32,513 nt of DNA from Thermoflexus hugenholtzii JAD2 (GCA_945889565.1 CAMDBZ010000001.1:1-32513), one strand, 5' to 3'; shown: positions 1 through 8,822, counted from the first letter of the stretch. Made by a program: numbers and translations. The notes: generated from the letters alone by a model not told the origin.

Positions 1-142
1 CCACCGCCTCGCGATGCTGGCGGCGGTGGCGGGGCTCCTCGCCGATGGAGCGTCGCAGGTGGGCGGCGCGGGCGCGGTGGGGGTGTCGTATCCTGACTTC
101 TGGGAGCAGCTCGCGCGCTTTGGCGCGCTCGCGGCGGGCTAG
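1..142 (+). CDS. aroA: 3-phosphoshikimate 1-carboxyvinyltransferase (EPSP synthase), C-terminal fragment; 5' end lies outside the window
   Basis: Frame starting at nt 2 reads HRLAMLAAVAGLLADGASQVGGAGAVGVSYPDFWEQLARFGALAAG and stops at TAG 140-142. The (D)HR-x-AM...AVAGL...S-Y/F-P-x-F pattern matches the conserved EPSP synthase C-terminus. It is absent from the ORF track because no start codon lies in the window. Confidence 0.5.
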   Translation, partial: HRLAMLAAVAGLLADGASQVGGAGAVGVSYPDFWEQLARFGALAAG

Positions 143-180
143 CCGGGCAATCAGGGAGCGCGCGGGACGGACTGCACCCG

Positions 181-477
181 GTGACGACGGAGCTCGTGCA
201 TGTGGGATTCGAGAATCAGCTCGCGCTGAGCCGCGTGGTCGCGGTCGCAACGCCGAGTGCGGCGCCACTGAAGCGGCTCGTGCAGCGGGGCAAGGAAGAG
301 CAGCACGTGATCGACCTGACCAGCGGCCGGCGCACGAAGGCGGTGGTGCTGCTGGACAACGACTGGGTGGCGCTGCTGGCGATCACCCCGGAGACGTTCG
401 CGGGGCGCGTCGCCGCACTCCGACGCGACGGAGGCCGTGACGGGAGCCGCGGGGACGGTGAGCGCGCTGCCAGCTGA
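181..477 (+). CDS. remA: RemA/DUF370 family regulatory protein (YlzA-like)
   Basis: 98 aa. LVHVGFENQLALSRVVAVATPSAAPLKRLVQRGKEEQHVIDLTSGRRTKAVVLLDNDWVALLAITPETFAGRV aligns along its length with Bacillus RemA as I recall it (INIGFGN..SPESAPIKR..IDAT.GRRTRAV..PET). The conserved remA-gmk synteny is present. Confidence 0.85.
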   Translation: MTTELVHVGFENQLALSRVVAVATPSAAPLKRLVQRGKEEQHVIDLTSGRRTKAVVLLDNDWVALLAITPETFAGRVAALRRDGGRDGSRGDGERAAS

Positions 478-1069
478 GGGCGACCCGCCGCCGCCGCTCG
501 TGGTGGTCCTGTCGGGGCCGTCGGGGGTGGGCAAAGACGCGGTGCTCGACCGGCTGCGCGGGCGCTTCGCGGTGCCCGTGACGATGACGACGCGGGCGCC
601 GCGCCTGGGCGAGCTGGACGGGCGCGACTACCTGTTCGTGGACGAGGCGGAGTTCGCGCGGCAGCTCGCCGCGGGGGAGCTGCTGGAGCACGCGCGAGTG
701 TACGAGCGGTCGTACGGCGTGCCGCGTGCGCAGCTGCGCGCGGCGCTCGCCTCCGGGGGCGATGTGGCGATGCGGGTCGACGTGCAGGGTGCGGCGACGC
801 TGCGCGCGCTGCTGCCGGCAGCGTTGTTCGTGTTCCTGGTGCCGGACGAGCCCTCGCGACTGGAGGCGCACCTGCGCGCGCGCGGCGCGGAGGACGGTGA
901 GGCACTGCGGCTACGGCTGGCGACGGCGGAGCGGGAGCTGGCGGAGCGCGTGCACTTCGACCATGTGCTGGTGAACGTCGAGGGCGACCTGGGGGGCACG
1001 GTCGAGGCGCTGCTCGTACTCGTGGAGGCGGAGCGGGCGCGGCCCGGACGGCTGCCGGTGGTGGTCTAG
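437..1069 (+). CDS. gmk: guanylate kinase
   Basis: P-loop LSGPSGVGKD and a guanylate-kinase-like body (RDYLFVDEAEF, YERSYGVPR). The start is uncertain: GTG 437 overlaps the remA 3' end, and GTG 458 is the alternative. Stop is TAG 1067-1069. Confidence 0.9.
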   Translation: MTGAAGTVSALPAEGDPPPPLVVVLSGPSGVGKDAVLDRLRGRFAVPVTMTTRAPRLGELDGRDYLFVDEAEFARQLAAGELLEHARVYERSYGVPRAQLRAALASGGDVAMRVDVQGAATLRALLPAALFVFLVPDEPSRLEAHLRARGAEDGEALRLRLATAERELAERVHFDHVLVNVEGDLGGTVEALLVLVEAERARPGRLPVVV

Positions 1070-1070
1070 C

Positions 1071-1102
1071 CGCCTGGGGGCGCCTCGGGGCGTCGGGGGG
1101 GG
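1071..1102 (+). repeat. three tandem imperfect G-rich decamers (CGCCTGGGGG / CGCCTCGGGG / CGTCGGGGGG + GG)
   Basis: Read directly from the sequence immediately downstream of the gmk stop. G-tracts are G5 (1076-1080), G4 (1087-1090) and G8 (1095-1102). Confidence 0.6.
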
Positions 1103-1384
1103 CCACAGCGCTTTCGTGACCGCGGGTGCCGCGAACCATACCGGCATGGGGTATACTTTACCCATACCGGGGCAGGGTATGCCTCCGGGAGCACCGTAGC
1201 CGCTGGCACGGCAGCATGTCGAAGGGACCGAAATCGATGGAATCACGCCGCTACTACAGCCACCTGGTACTCGAGGGCCACAGGGGCGGCCCAAGCGCGT
1301 GCGAAGCCGCGCGCGACCTCGAGCGCGCCGTCGCGAAGACGCGCGTCACGACCGCGTAGTGGAGTTGCGCGACACTGCGCGGCG

Positions 1385-1413
1385 TTGACAGGCTGCGGGC
1401 GCGCGCCTAGCCT
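1385..1413 (+). promoter_or_regulatory. sigma70-like promoter for the T-box/trp leader
   Basis: TTGACA (1385-1390), a 17-nt spacer, then TAGCCT (1408-1413). This sits just upstream of the first T-box Stem I elements. Confidence 0.4.
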
Positions 1414-1419
1414 CGAACG

Positions 1420-1800
1420 AGTCGGTTCGCAAGAGAGACGTCGAACGGGAGTAGTAGGCCGCACGAGCGGGGCATCCGGCGGGCAGCGCGAGCTGAGCAC
1501 CGAACGAGAGAGCCGGGGCAAGGTGGAAGCCCGGCGCCCGACGAGCAGCGGTTGAATGGACCCGGGAGTCCCGGCCTGAACCCGTCCCCTCCCCTCGGAG
1601 GGGCGCGGCAGTAGGCGTCGGCGGTGTGGGCGCCGTTATCCATGCCCAGGGGATCGCCTCGGCGCGCTCGCGTGTCGCGGCCGTCTCTGGATGAGCGCGT
1701 GGCTGGCTCCGTCCCGAGGGATGCCTCGAAGGATGGGGTCGGCGCGCGATACTGGGTGGCACCGCGAGGACCATCGCCCCAGGGCGGTGGTCCTCTTTCG
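1420..1800 (+). promoter_or_regulatory. T-box riboswitch leader, tRNA-Trp specific (UGG specifier)
   Basis: Conserved T-box elements occur in canonical order:
- AG-bulge-like GAGAGAG, 1506-1512.
- Distal-loop GGTGGAA, 1522-1528.
- Specifier loop GAA-TGG-A, 1554-1560 (Trp codon followed by a purine).
- F-box-like CCGTTA, 1633-1638.
- T-box sequence GGGTGGCACCGCG, 1754-1766. Its UGGC would pair with the GCCA end of a G73 tRNA-Trp.

The 3' part of the T-box sequence abuts the 5' arm of the terminator hairpin. Confidence 0.85.
1766..1800 (+). terminator. intrinsic terminator of the T-box expression platform
   Basis: 13-bp stem GAGGACCATCGCC (1766-1778) / GGCGGTGGTCCTC (1783-1795) with one G-U pair and a 4-nt loop CCAG. 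It is followed by TTTCGTTATGT. Confidence 0.8.
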
Positions 1801-1832
1801 TTATGTAGCGCTTTCAGGATTGGCGGGGCACG

Positions 1833-1997
1833 ATGAACGACGCACGCTTCGAACCCAGCGCAACGAGCGCCCGCGGGACGGCGGCGACCGCATCGGCGCG
1901 CTGGTGGCGAGGCGCGGGCGAGCAGCGAGCGAGCATGTGCAGCGTCGCGCCGCCCGCCTCGATGGCAGGCGGGGCGGGGCAAGGAGCAAGGCCATGA
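1833..1997 (+). CDS. candidate leader peptide / uORF with tandem Trp codons (54 codons)
   Basis: Runs from ATG 1833 to TGA 1995-1997. Translation: MNDARFEPSATSARGTAATASARWWRGAGEQRASMCSVAPPASMAGGAGQGARP. TGG TGG lies at 1902-1907, and the stop overlaps the trpE ATG (ATGA). There is only a weak SD-like GGCGGGG (1822-1828). It is below the ORF-track size cut-off and could be a chance ORF in stop-poor DNA. Confidence 0.3.
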   Translation: MNDARFEPSATSARGTAATASARWWRGAGEQRASMCSVAPPASMAGGAGQGARP

Positions 1998-3478
1998 CCA
2001 CCAACGCTACTGCCACCACGTACCGCCCATCGCTCGCGGAAGTGCGCGGCCTCGTGGGGCGGGGCAACGTGGTGCCGATCTACCGCGAGGTGCGCGCGGA
2101 CCTCGAGACGCCGGTGTCGGCGTTCCTGAAGGTCGCGCGCGGGGAGTACTCGTTCCTGCTCGAGTCGGTGGAGGGCGGGGAGCGGATGGGGCGCTACTCG
2201 TTCATCGGCACGGAGCCGTACCGCGTGCTGGTGGGCCGCCACGACGGCGGCGACCCGCTGGCCGAGGTCGAGCGCGAGCTGGCGCAATTCAGCTCCGTGC
2301 CGGCGTCGGGGTTGCCGCGCTTCCACGGCGGGGCGGTGGGGTACGTGGGTTACGAGGCGGTGCGCCACTTCGAGCCGCGCGTGGGGGCGCCGGAGCGCGA
2401 TGCGCTGGGCGTGCCGGAGTCCTGGCTGATGTTCGCGGATGCGCTGCTGGTGTTCGACCATGTGCTGCACACGATCAAGGTGGTGGCGCACGTGCGGCTG
2501 GACGGCGACATCGACGCGGCGTACGAGCGCGCGTGCTGGCAGATCGATCAGCTCGTCGGGCGGCTCGCGACGCCGCTGGCGGCGCTGCCGTACACGCCGT
2601 GCGCGGGGCCAACGGGGCGCGCGGTGCAATCGAACTGGACGCAGGAGGCGTTCATCGGCGCGGTGGAGCGCACGCAGCAGTACATCCGCGCGGGCGACAG
2701 CATCCAGGCGGTGATCTCGCAGCGCTTCTCGCGCGAGACGGGCGCGCACCCGTTCGAGGTGTACCGCTCGCTGCGCGCGATCAATCCGTCGCCGTACATG
2801 TACTACCTGCAGTTCGGCGACACGTACGTGGTGGGCGCGTCGCCGGAGCTGCTGGTGAAGGTGGAAGAGGGCAAGGTGGAGGTGCACCCGATCGCGGGGA
2901 CGCGCCCGCGCGGGGCGACGCCGCTGGAGGATGCGCGGCTGGGCGAGGAGCTGCGCCATGACCCGAAGGAGCTGGCGGAGCACGTGATGCTGCTGGACCT
3001 CGGGCGGAACGACGTCGGCCGGGTGTCGGCGCCGGGGTCCGTGGAGGTGACGCAGCAGTTCGACATCGAGCAGTACTCGCACGTGATGCACCTCGTGAGC
3101 CACGTGCAGGGGCGGCTGCGCGACGGCGTGAGTCCGTACGCGGCGCTGCGCTCGGCGTTTCCGGCAGGCACGGTGTCGGGCGCGCCGAAGATTCGCGCGA
3201 TGGAGATCGTCGCGGAGCTGGAGCCCGATCAGCGCGGGCCGTATGCCGGGGGCGTCGGCTTCTTCGATCTCTCGGGCAACGTCGAGATGTGCATCACGAT
3301 CCGCACGCTGGTGATGAAGGACGGCTGGGCGCACGTGCAGGCGGGCGCGGGCATCGTGTACGACTCGGTGCCGCAGCGGGAGTTCGAGGAGACGCAGCAC
3401 AAGGCGCGGGCGCTGCTCGCGGCGATCGACGACGCGGAGCGCGCCGAGGGCGCGCCGAGCGGGAGCCTGGGCTACTGA
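1994..3478 (+). CDS. trpE: anthranilate synthase component I
   Basis: ATG 1994 is preceded by AAGGAG (1981-1986). Motifs present: LLESVEGGERMGRYSF, LLDLGRNDVGRV, GAPKIRAMEIV, RGPYAGGVGFF. The ORF-track start at 1691 would run through the T-box terminator and is rejected. Confidence 0.95.
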   Translation: MTTNATATTYRPSLAEVRGLVGRGNVVPIYREVRADLETPVSAFLKVARGEYSFLLESVEGGERMGRYSFIGTEPYRVLVGRHDGGDPLAEVERELAQFSSVPASGLPRFHGGAVGYVGYEAVRHFEPRVGAPERDALGVPESWLMFADALLVFDHVLHTIKVVAHVRLDGDIDAAYERACWQIDQLVGRLATPLAALPYTPCAGPTGRAVQSNWTQEAFIGAVERTQQYIRAGDSIQAVISQRFSRETGAHPFEVYRSLRAINPSPYMYYLQFGDTYVVGASPELLVKVEEGKVEVHPIAGTRPRGATPLEDARLGEELRHDPKELAEHVMLLDLGRNDVGRVSAPGSVEVTQQFDIEQYSHVMHLVSHVQGRLRDGVSPYAALRSAFPAGTVSGAPKIRAMEIVAELEPDQRGPYAGGVGFFDLSGNVEMCITIRTLVMKDGWAHVQAGAGIVYDSVPQREFEETQHKARALLAAIDDAERAEGAPSGSLGY

Positions 3479-4392
3479 TGACGTCGACGCCTGCGGCGGC
3501 GGTGGTGCGGCGCGCGGTGGTGGCGTCCGGCGTGCGCGTGCGGCGCGAGGACGGCGCGGTGCTGCTCGTGCGCGCGCCCGGCGGGGACGCGTGGTCGTTG
3601 CCGTGCCGCGCGGTGCCGGAGGACGAGACCGCCGAGGACGCGGCGCTGCGGCTGCTGCGCGAGGGGCTGCAGCTGCGCGTGGGTGCGATCCTGTTCGCGA
3701 CGACGCTGTCGATCGCGGACGCGGCGACCGACCTCGCGGTGAACGTGTTCGACGCGATTGGCTGGGACGGGGAGCCGCGCTACCGCGACGAGGAGTTCGC
3801 GGACGCGGGCTGGCTGCAGCCGGCGCGGCTCGGCAACGTCGATGTGCTGCCGGAGGTGACGGCGTGGCTGCGCAGCGAGATCGTGCAGCCGCCGTCCGAG
3901 GCGGACCGGGCGGCGATCGCTGCGGAGCTGGTGGAGGCGCGGCGCGCGCTGCTGGCGGCGTTCGACGCGATCGCGCCGCGCGCGCGCGCCACGACACTGG
4001 ACGGCGCGTGGGCGCCGTGCGACGTGCTGGAGCACGCGACGGCCGTCGAGCGGTACGAGCTGGCGGAGGCGCTGCGGCTCGCGGAGGAGCCGGGGGGCGC
4101 GTGGTGGCCGTGGAACGAGCGGCAAGGTGAGCTTGCGCGAGCGCAGCACCCACGGCCCGACCCGGACGAGGCGCGCGCGCGCGGCGACGCGTCGCACACA
4201 GAGACGCTGCGGGCGCTGCAGTGGCTGCCGCCGGAGCAGCTGGCGGTGCGCGGTACGGACCCCGCGGGCAGCACGGTGCTGCTGGAGGCGCGGCTGCGCG
4301 CGATCGCCGCGCACGACCTCGAGCATGCGGCGCAGCTGCGGGCGATGCGGGTGCGCGCGGAAGGAGACGCTGATGTTGCTGCTGATCGATAA
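3478..4392 (+). CDS. hypothetical two-domain protein: N-terminal Nudix-like fold with incomplete Nudix box, C-terminal DinB-like four-helix-bundle region
   Basis: ATG 3478 overlaps the trpE stop (TGATG), and the 3' end overlaps trpG by 20 nt. The N-terminus [50 protein letters not shown] follows the Nudix pattern, but the REUXEE glutamates are largely missing. The C-terminus has W..CDVLEH and [12 protein letters not shown], which resemble DinB-superfamily His motifs. This is a domain call by eye only. Confidence 0.65.
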
Positions 4393-4966
4393 CTACGACT
4401 CGTTCACGTACAACCTGTACCAGTACCTGTCGGAGCTGGGGGCGGATGTCGAGGTGTTTCGTAACGACCAGCTTGGGGTGGAGGACGCGCTGGCGATGGG
4501 GCCGGAGCAGATCGTGGTGTCGCCGGGGCCGTGCACGCCGGACGAGGCGGGCATCTCGGTGGAGCTGATCCGGGCAGCGGCGGGACGTGTGCCGCTGCTT
4601 GGGGTGTGCCTGGGGCACCAGGCGATCGGGCAGGCGTTCGGGGCGCTGGTGGTGCCGGCGGGCGAGATCATGCACGGCAAGACCTCCGCGGTGACGCACG
4701 ACGGGCGGGGGGTGTTCGCGGGGCTGCCGAACCCGTTCGAGGCGATTCGCTATCATTCGCTCGCGATCGCGCCGGAGTCCGTGCCGGCGGCGCTCGAGGT
4801 GTCGGCGCGCGCGGAGAGCGGGGTGATCATGGGCGTGCGGCACCGGACGTACGCCGTGGAGGGCGTGCAGTTCCACCCGGAGTCGATCATGACGAAGGTG
4901 GGCCACGATCTGCTGCGCAACTTCCTGGGCATGGAGCAGCCCGTGGCGAGCGGCCGCGGCGCGTGA
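4373..4966 (+). CDS. trpG: anthranilate synthase component II (glutamine amidotransferase)
   Basis: AAGGAG (4361-4366) lies 6 nt before ATG 4373. Motifs present: [19 protein letters not shown], catalytic GVCLGHQ, and the His-Glu of VQFHPES. Confidence 0.93.
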
Positions 4967-5991
4967 GCGCGATCCAGGCGGCGATCGCTGCGCTCGTGGA
5001 GGAGCGGCGCGACCTCAGCGAGGGCGAGGCCGCGGCGTGCATGGACGAGATCATGGGCGAGGGCGCGACGCCGGCGCAGTTCGGGGCGTTCGTGGTGGCG
5101 CTGCGACTCAAGGGCGAGAGCGTCGACGAGATCGTGGGGATGGCACGGGTGATGCGCGCGCGCGCGCTGCACGTCGAGGTGGCGGCGCGACCGCTGCTCG
5201 ACACGTGCGGTACGGGGGGCGACGCGAGCGGCACATTCAACGTGTCGACGGCGGCGGCGTTCGTGGCGGCGGCGGCGGGCGCGAAGGTGGCGAAGCACGG
5301 CAACCGCGCGATGACCTCGCAGTCGGGGTCGGCGGACCTGCTGGAGGCGCTGGGCGCGGAGATCGCGCTGGGACCGGAGGACGTGGCGCGCTGCATCGAG
5401 CGGACGGGCGTGGGGTTCATGTTCGCGCAGGCGTTCCACCCGGCGATGAAGTTCGCGGCGCCGCTGCGGCGGGAGCTGGGCGTGCGCACGGTGTTCAACA
5501 TCCTGGGGCCGCTGACGAACCCGGCGGGTGCGAACTGCCAGCTGCTGGGCGTGCCGAGCGAGGCGCTGGCGGCGAAGCTCGCGGCAGCGCTGGCGCGGCT
5601 GGGCACGCGGCACTCGCTCGTGGTGACGGCCGCTGACGGCATCGACGAGGTGTCGGTGTGCGGGCCGACGACGCTGTTCGAGGTGCGCGGCGACGAGGTG
5701 ACGCGGCGCACGATCACGCCGGGCGAGCTGGGGCTGCCGACGTACGCGGTTTCCGAGCTCGCGGGCGGGACGGCGGCGGAGAACGCGGCGACGCTGCGCG
5801 CGGTGCTCGCCGGGGACGGACCGGCGGCGCTACACGACTTCATCGTGGCGAACGCGGGCGCGGCGCTGTACGTGTGCGGGCTGGCGGCGACGCTCGTGCA
5901 GGGCGTCGACGCGGCACGGCTGACGATCGCGAGCGGGGACGCGGCGGCGCGCATCGGCGCGTTCGTCGAGGCGACGCGGCGTCGTGGCTAA
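4963..5991 (+). CDS. trpD: anthranilate phosphoribosyltransferase
   Basis: GTG 4963 overlaps the trpG stop (GTGA). Motifs present: [42 protein letters not shown]. Confidence 0.93.
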
Positions 5992-6844
5992 CGCGGGCGG
6001 GGTGCGCGCTACGGGGACGGTGCTCGATCGCATCGTTGCGGACCGCCGCCTGCGGCTGGCGGAAGATCGCCGCGCGACGCCGGAGGCGCGGCTCGCGGAG
6101 TTGCGCGCGGCGCTGCCTGGCGCGGGCGTCGACTTCGTGGCGCGGCTGCGGCACGGGCGCGCAGAAGCGCCCGCAGGCGCGCGGCTCAGACTCGTAGCGG
6201 AAGTGAAGCGCGCATCGCCCTCGAAGGGCGTGTTCGACGCGAACATCGACGCGGCGGCGCTGGCGTTGCGCTACGCGCACGCGGGCGCGGCGGCCGTGTC
6301 CGTGCTGACGGAGCCGACCTTCTTCGGCGGGTCGATCGCAGACCTGCGCGCGGCGCGCTGCGCGTTCGGCGCAGACGCGGAGCGGCCGGCGCTGCTGCGC
6401 AAGGACTTCGTGTTCGACGCGTACCAGGTGGCGGAGGCGCAGGCGCACGGCGCGGACGCGTTGCTGCTGATCGTGATGCTGCTGGAGCCGGCGGCGCTGC
6501 GCGAGCTGGTGGTGCTGGCGCGCGCGCATCAGCTCGAGCCGCTGGTGGAGGTGCACGACGCGGGGGAGCTCGAGGCGGCGCTCGCGGCGGGGGCGCGCGT
6601 GGTGGGCGTGAACAATCGCGACCTGCGCACGTTCGCGGAGGACCTGGGGACCACGGAGCGGCTCGCGGCGCTCGTGCCGCCGGAGGTGACGCTCGTCGCG
6701 GAGTCCGCGATCCGCGGGCCGGCGGACGCGCGGCGGATGGCAGACGCGGGCGCGCACGCGATCCTCGTGGGCGAGGCGCTCGTGCTTGCGCAGGACCTCG
6801 AGGCGGACGCGCGCGCGCTGATGCTGGGGGAGGCGGGCGCGTGA
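5984..6844 (+). CDS. trpC: indole-3-glycerol phosphate synthase
   Basis: Motifs present: [37 protein letters not shown] 5984 overlaps the trpD 3' end by 8 nt. Confidence 0.92.
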
Positions 6845-7611
6845 CGTACGTGAAGATCTGCGGCAACCGCACGGTGGCGGACGTGCTGGCGGCGGCGGCG
6901 GCGGGCGCGGACTTCGTGGGGATGGTGTTCGCACGCTCGTCGCGGCAGGTGGACGTGGACGAAGCGCAGGCGATGGTGCGCGCGCTCGGGCGGCCGCTCG
7001 CGGAGCACGAGCTGGCGATGCCGCCGCCGGCGCAACCGCACGTGCGCGAGGAGGCGGGCGAGTGGTTCCGCCACGGCGCGCAGTTGCTGCAGGGGTACCT
7101 CGACGTGAAGCGCCCGCTGACCGTGGGTGTGTTCGCCGACCAGCCGATCGACGAGGTGAACGAGCTTGCGGAGGAAGCGGGCGTCGACTTCGTGCAGCTG
7201 TCGGGGGACGAGAGCTGGGAACAGTGCCTGCTCGCGACGAAGCAGGTGATCCAGGTGGCGCACATCTCGCCGCTGGACTCGCCGTCGGACCCCTTCGCGC
7301 TGGTGCGGCCGGGATTCGCGATCGCGTTGCTGCTGGACTCGGCGCACGGGCCGTATCGCGGGGGCAGCGGCGTGACGTTCGACTGGGAGGTGGCGCGGCA
7401 GGTCTCGAGCCGCATGCCGCTGTTGCTGGCGGGCGGGCTGACCCCGGAGAACGTCGGCGAGGCGCTGCGCGTGGTGCAGCCGTGGGGGGTCGACGTGTCG
7501 AGCGGGACGGAGCGCGACGGACGCAAGGACCACGACCTGGTGCGCGCGTTCGTCGAGGCAGTGCGCGCGGCGGATCGCGCGCGTCCCGCCGCCGCGCCGG
7601 GGCAGCCATGA
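6841..7611 (+). CDS. trpF: phosphoribosylanthranilate isomerase (with an internal insertion of about 40 aa)
   Basis: GTG 6841 overlaps the trpC stop (GTGA). Motifs present: [54 protein letters not shown]. Confidence 0.9.
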
Positions 7612-8813
7612 GCGCGCAGGCGCTGCCGGACGCTGCGGGCCACTTCGGCGAGTTCGGCGGGACGTTCGTGCCGGAGACGCTGATGCCGGCGCTCGCGGAG
7701 CTGCAAGCGGCGTACGCGGAGGCGCAGGCGGCGCCGGAGTTCGGGCGCGAGCTGGATGGGTTGCTGCGCACGTACGTCGGCCGCCCGACGCCGCTGACGT
7801 ACGCGGCGCGGCTGTCGGCGCACGTCAGCGGCGGGCGGCCGGGGCCGAAGGTGTACCTGAAGCGGGAGGACCTGGCGCACACCGGCGCGCACAAGATCAA
7901 CGCGGCGCTGGCGCAGGCGCTACTGGCGCGGCGCATGGGCAAGCGGCGCATCGTCGCCGAGACGGGGGCCGGCCAGCACGGCGTGGCGACCGCGACGGCG
8001 TGCGCGCTACTGGGCCTCGACTGCGTCGTGTACATGGGGTCGGAGGACGTGCGGCGGCAGTCGTTGAACGTGTTCCGCATGAAGCTGCTGGGCGCGGACG
8101 TGCGCGCCGTCGACGCTGGGTCGCGCACGCTCAAGGACGCGATCAACGAGGCGATCCGCGACTGGGTGACGAACGTGCGCAGCACGTATTACCTGCTCGG
8201 CTCGGTGGTGGGGCCGCACCCGTACCCGGCGATGGTGCGCGACTTCCAGTCCGTGATCGGGCGCGAGGCGCGAGCGCAGATGCTGGAGGCGGAGGGGCGG
8301 CTGCCGACGGTGGCGGTCGCATGCGTCGGCGGTGGGTCGAACGCGATGGGGTTGTTCGCGCCGCTGCTGGACGACCCGGTGCGCCTCGTGGGCGTCGAGG
8401 CGGCGGGCGAGGGGCTCGCGGGGCGGCACGCGGCAACGCTGGTCGCGGGGCGGCCGGGGGTGCTGCACGGCGCGCGCTCCTACCTGCTGCAGGACGAGTG
8501 GGGGCAGGTGCTGGAGGCGCACTCGATCTCGGCGGGGCTCGACTACCCCGGGGTGGGGCCGGAGCACGCGTGGCTGAAGGTGAGCGAGCGCGCAGAGTAC
8601 GTCGCCGTCACGGACACGGAGGCGCTCGCGGCGTTCCAGCTGCTGTGCCAGACGGAGGGGATCATCCCGGCGCTGGAGTCCTCGCACGCGATCGCGCAGC
8701 TGTCGAAGCTGTGCCCGCAGCTCGCGACGGACGACCTGGTGGTGGTGAACCTCAGCGGTCGCGGCGACAAGGACATGGGAACGGTCGCGGCCGCGCTCGG
8801 CGTGACGCTCTAG
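7608..8813 (+). CDS. trpB: tryptophan synthase beta chain
   Basis: ATG 7608 overlaps the trpF stop (ATGA). Motifs present: [19 protein letters not shown]-lysine motif [19 protein letters not shown]. Confidence 0.95.
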
Positions 8814-8822
8814 CCGCCGGCG

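Noticed and set aside
1216-1359. Expectation that the ORF after gmk is rpoZ (omega subunit)
   Set aside because: The 47-aa translation shows none of the conserved omega features (for example the SKY.L...A.RA.Q core). It is kept only as an unexplained small ORF in the findings.
1691-1993. N-terminal extension of trpE offered by the ORF track (start 1691)
   Set aside because: It would translate through the T-box sequence and its terminator hairpin. The conserved TrpE sequence and a good AAGGAG SD begin at ATG 1994.
3289-3477. Upstream extension of the Nudix/DinB ORF into trpE (track start 3289)
   Set aside because: The extension is an off-frame read of the trpE 3' end (Gly/Arg/Ala-rich). ATG 3478, overlapping the trpE stop, is the natural coupled start.
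1814-4906. 1030-aa minus-strand ORF spanning trpE to trpG
   Set aside because: The translation is dominated by Arg/Ala/Pro/His low complexity. It is antisense to several genes with strong motif support, and it is typical of stop-codon-poor high-GC DNA.
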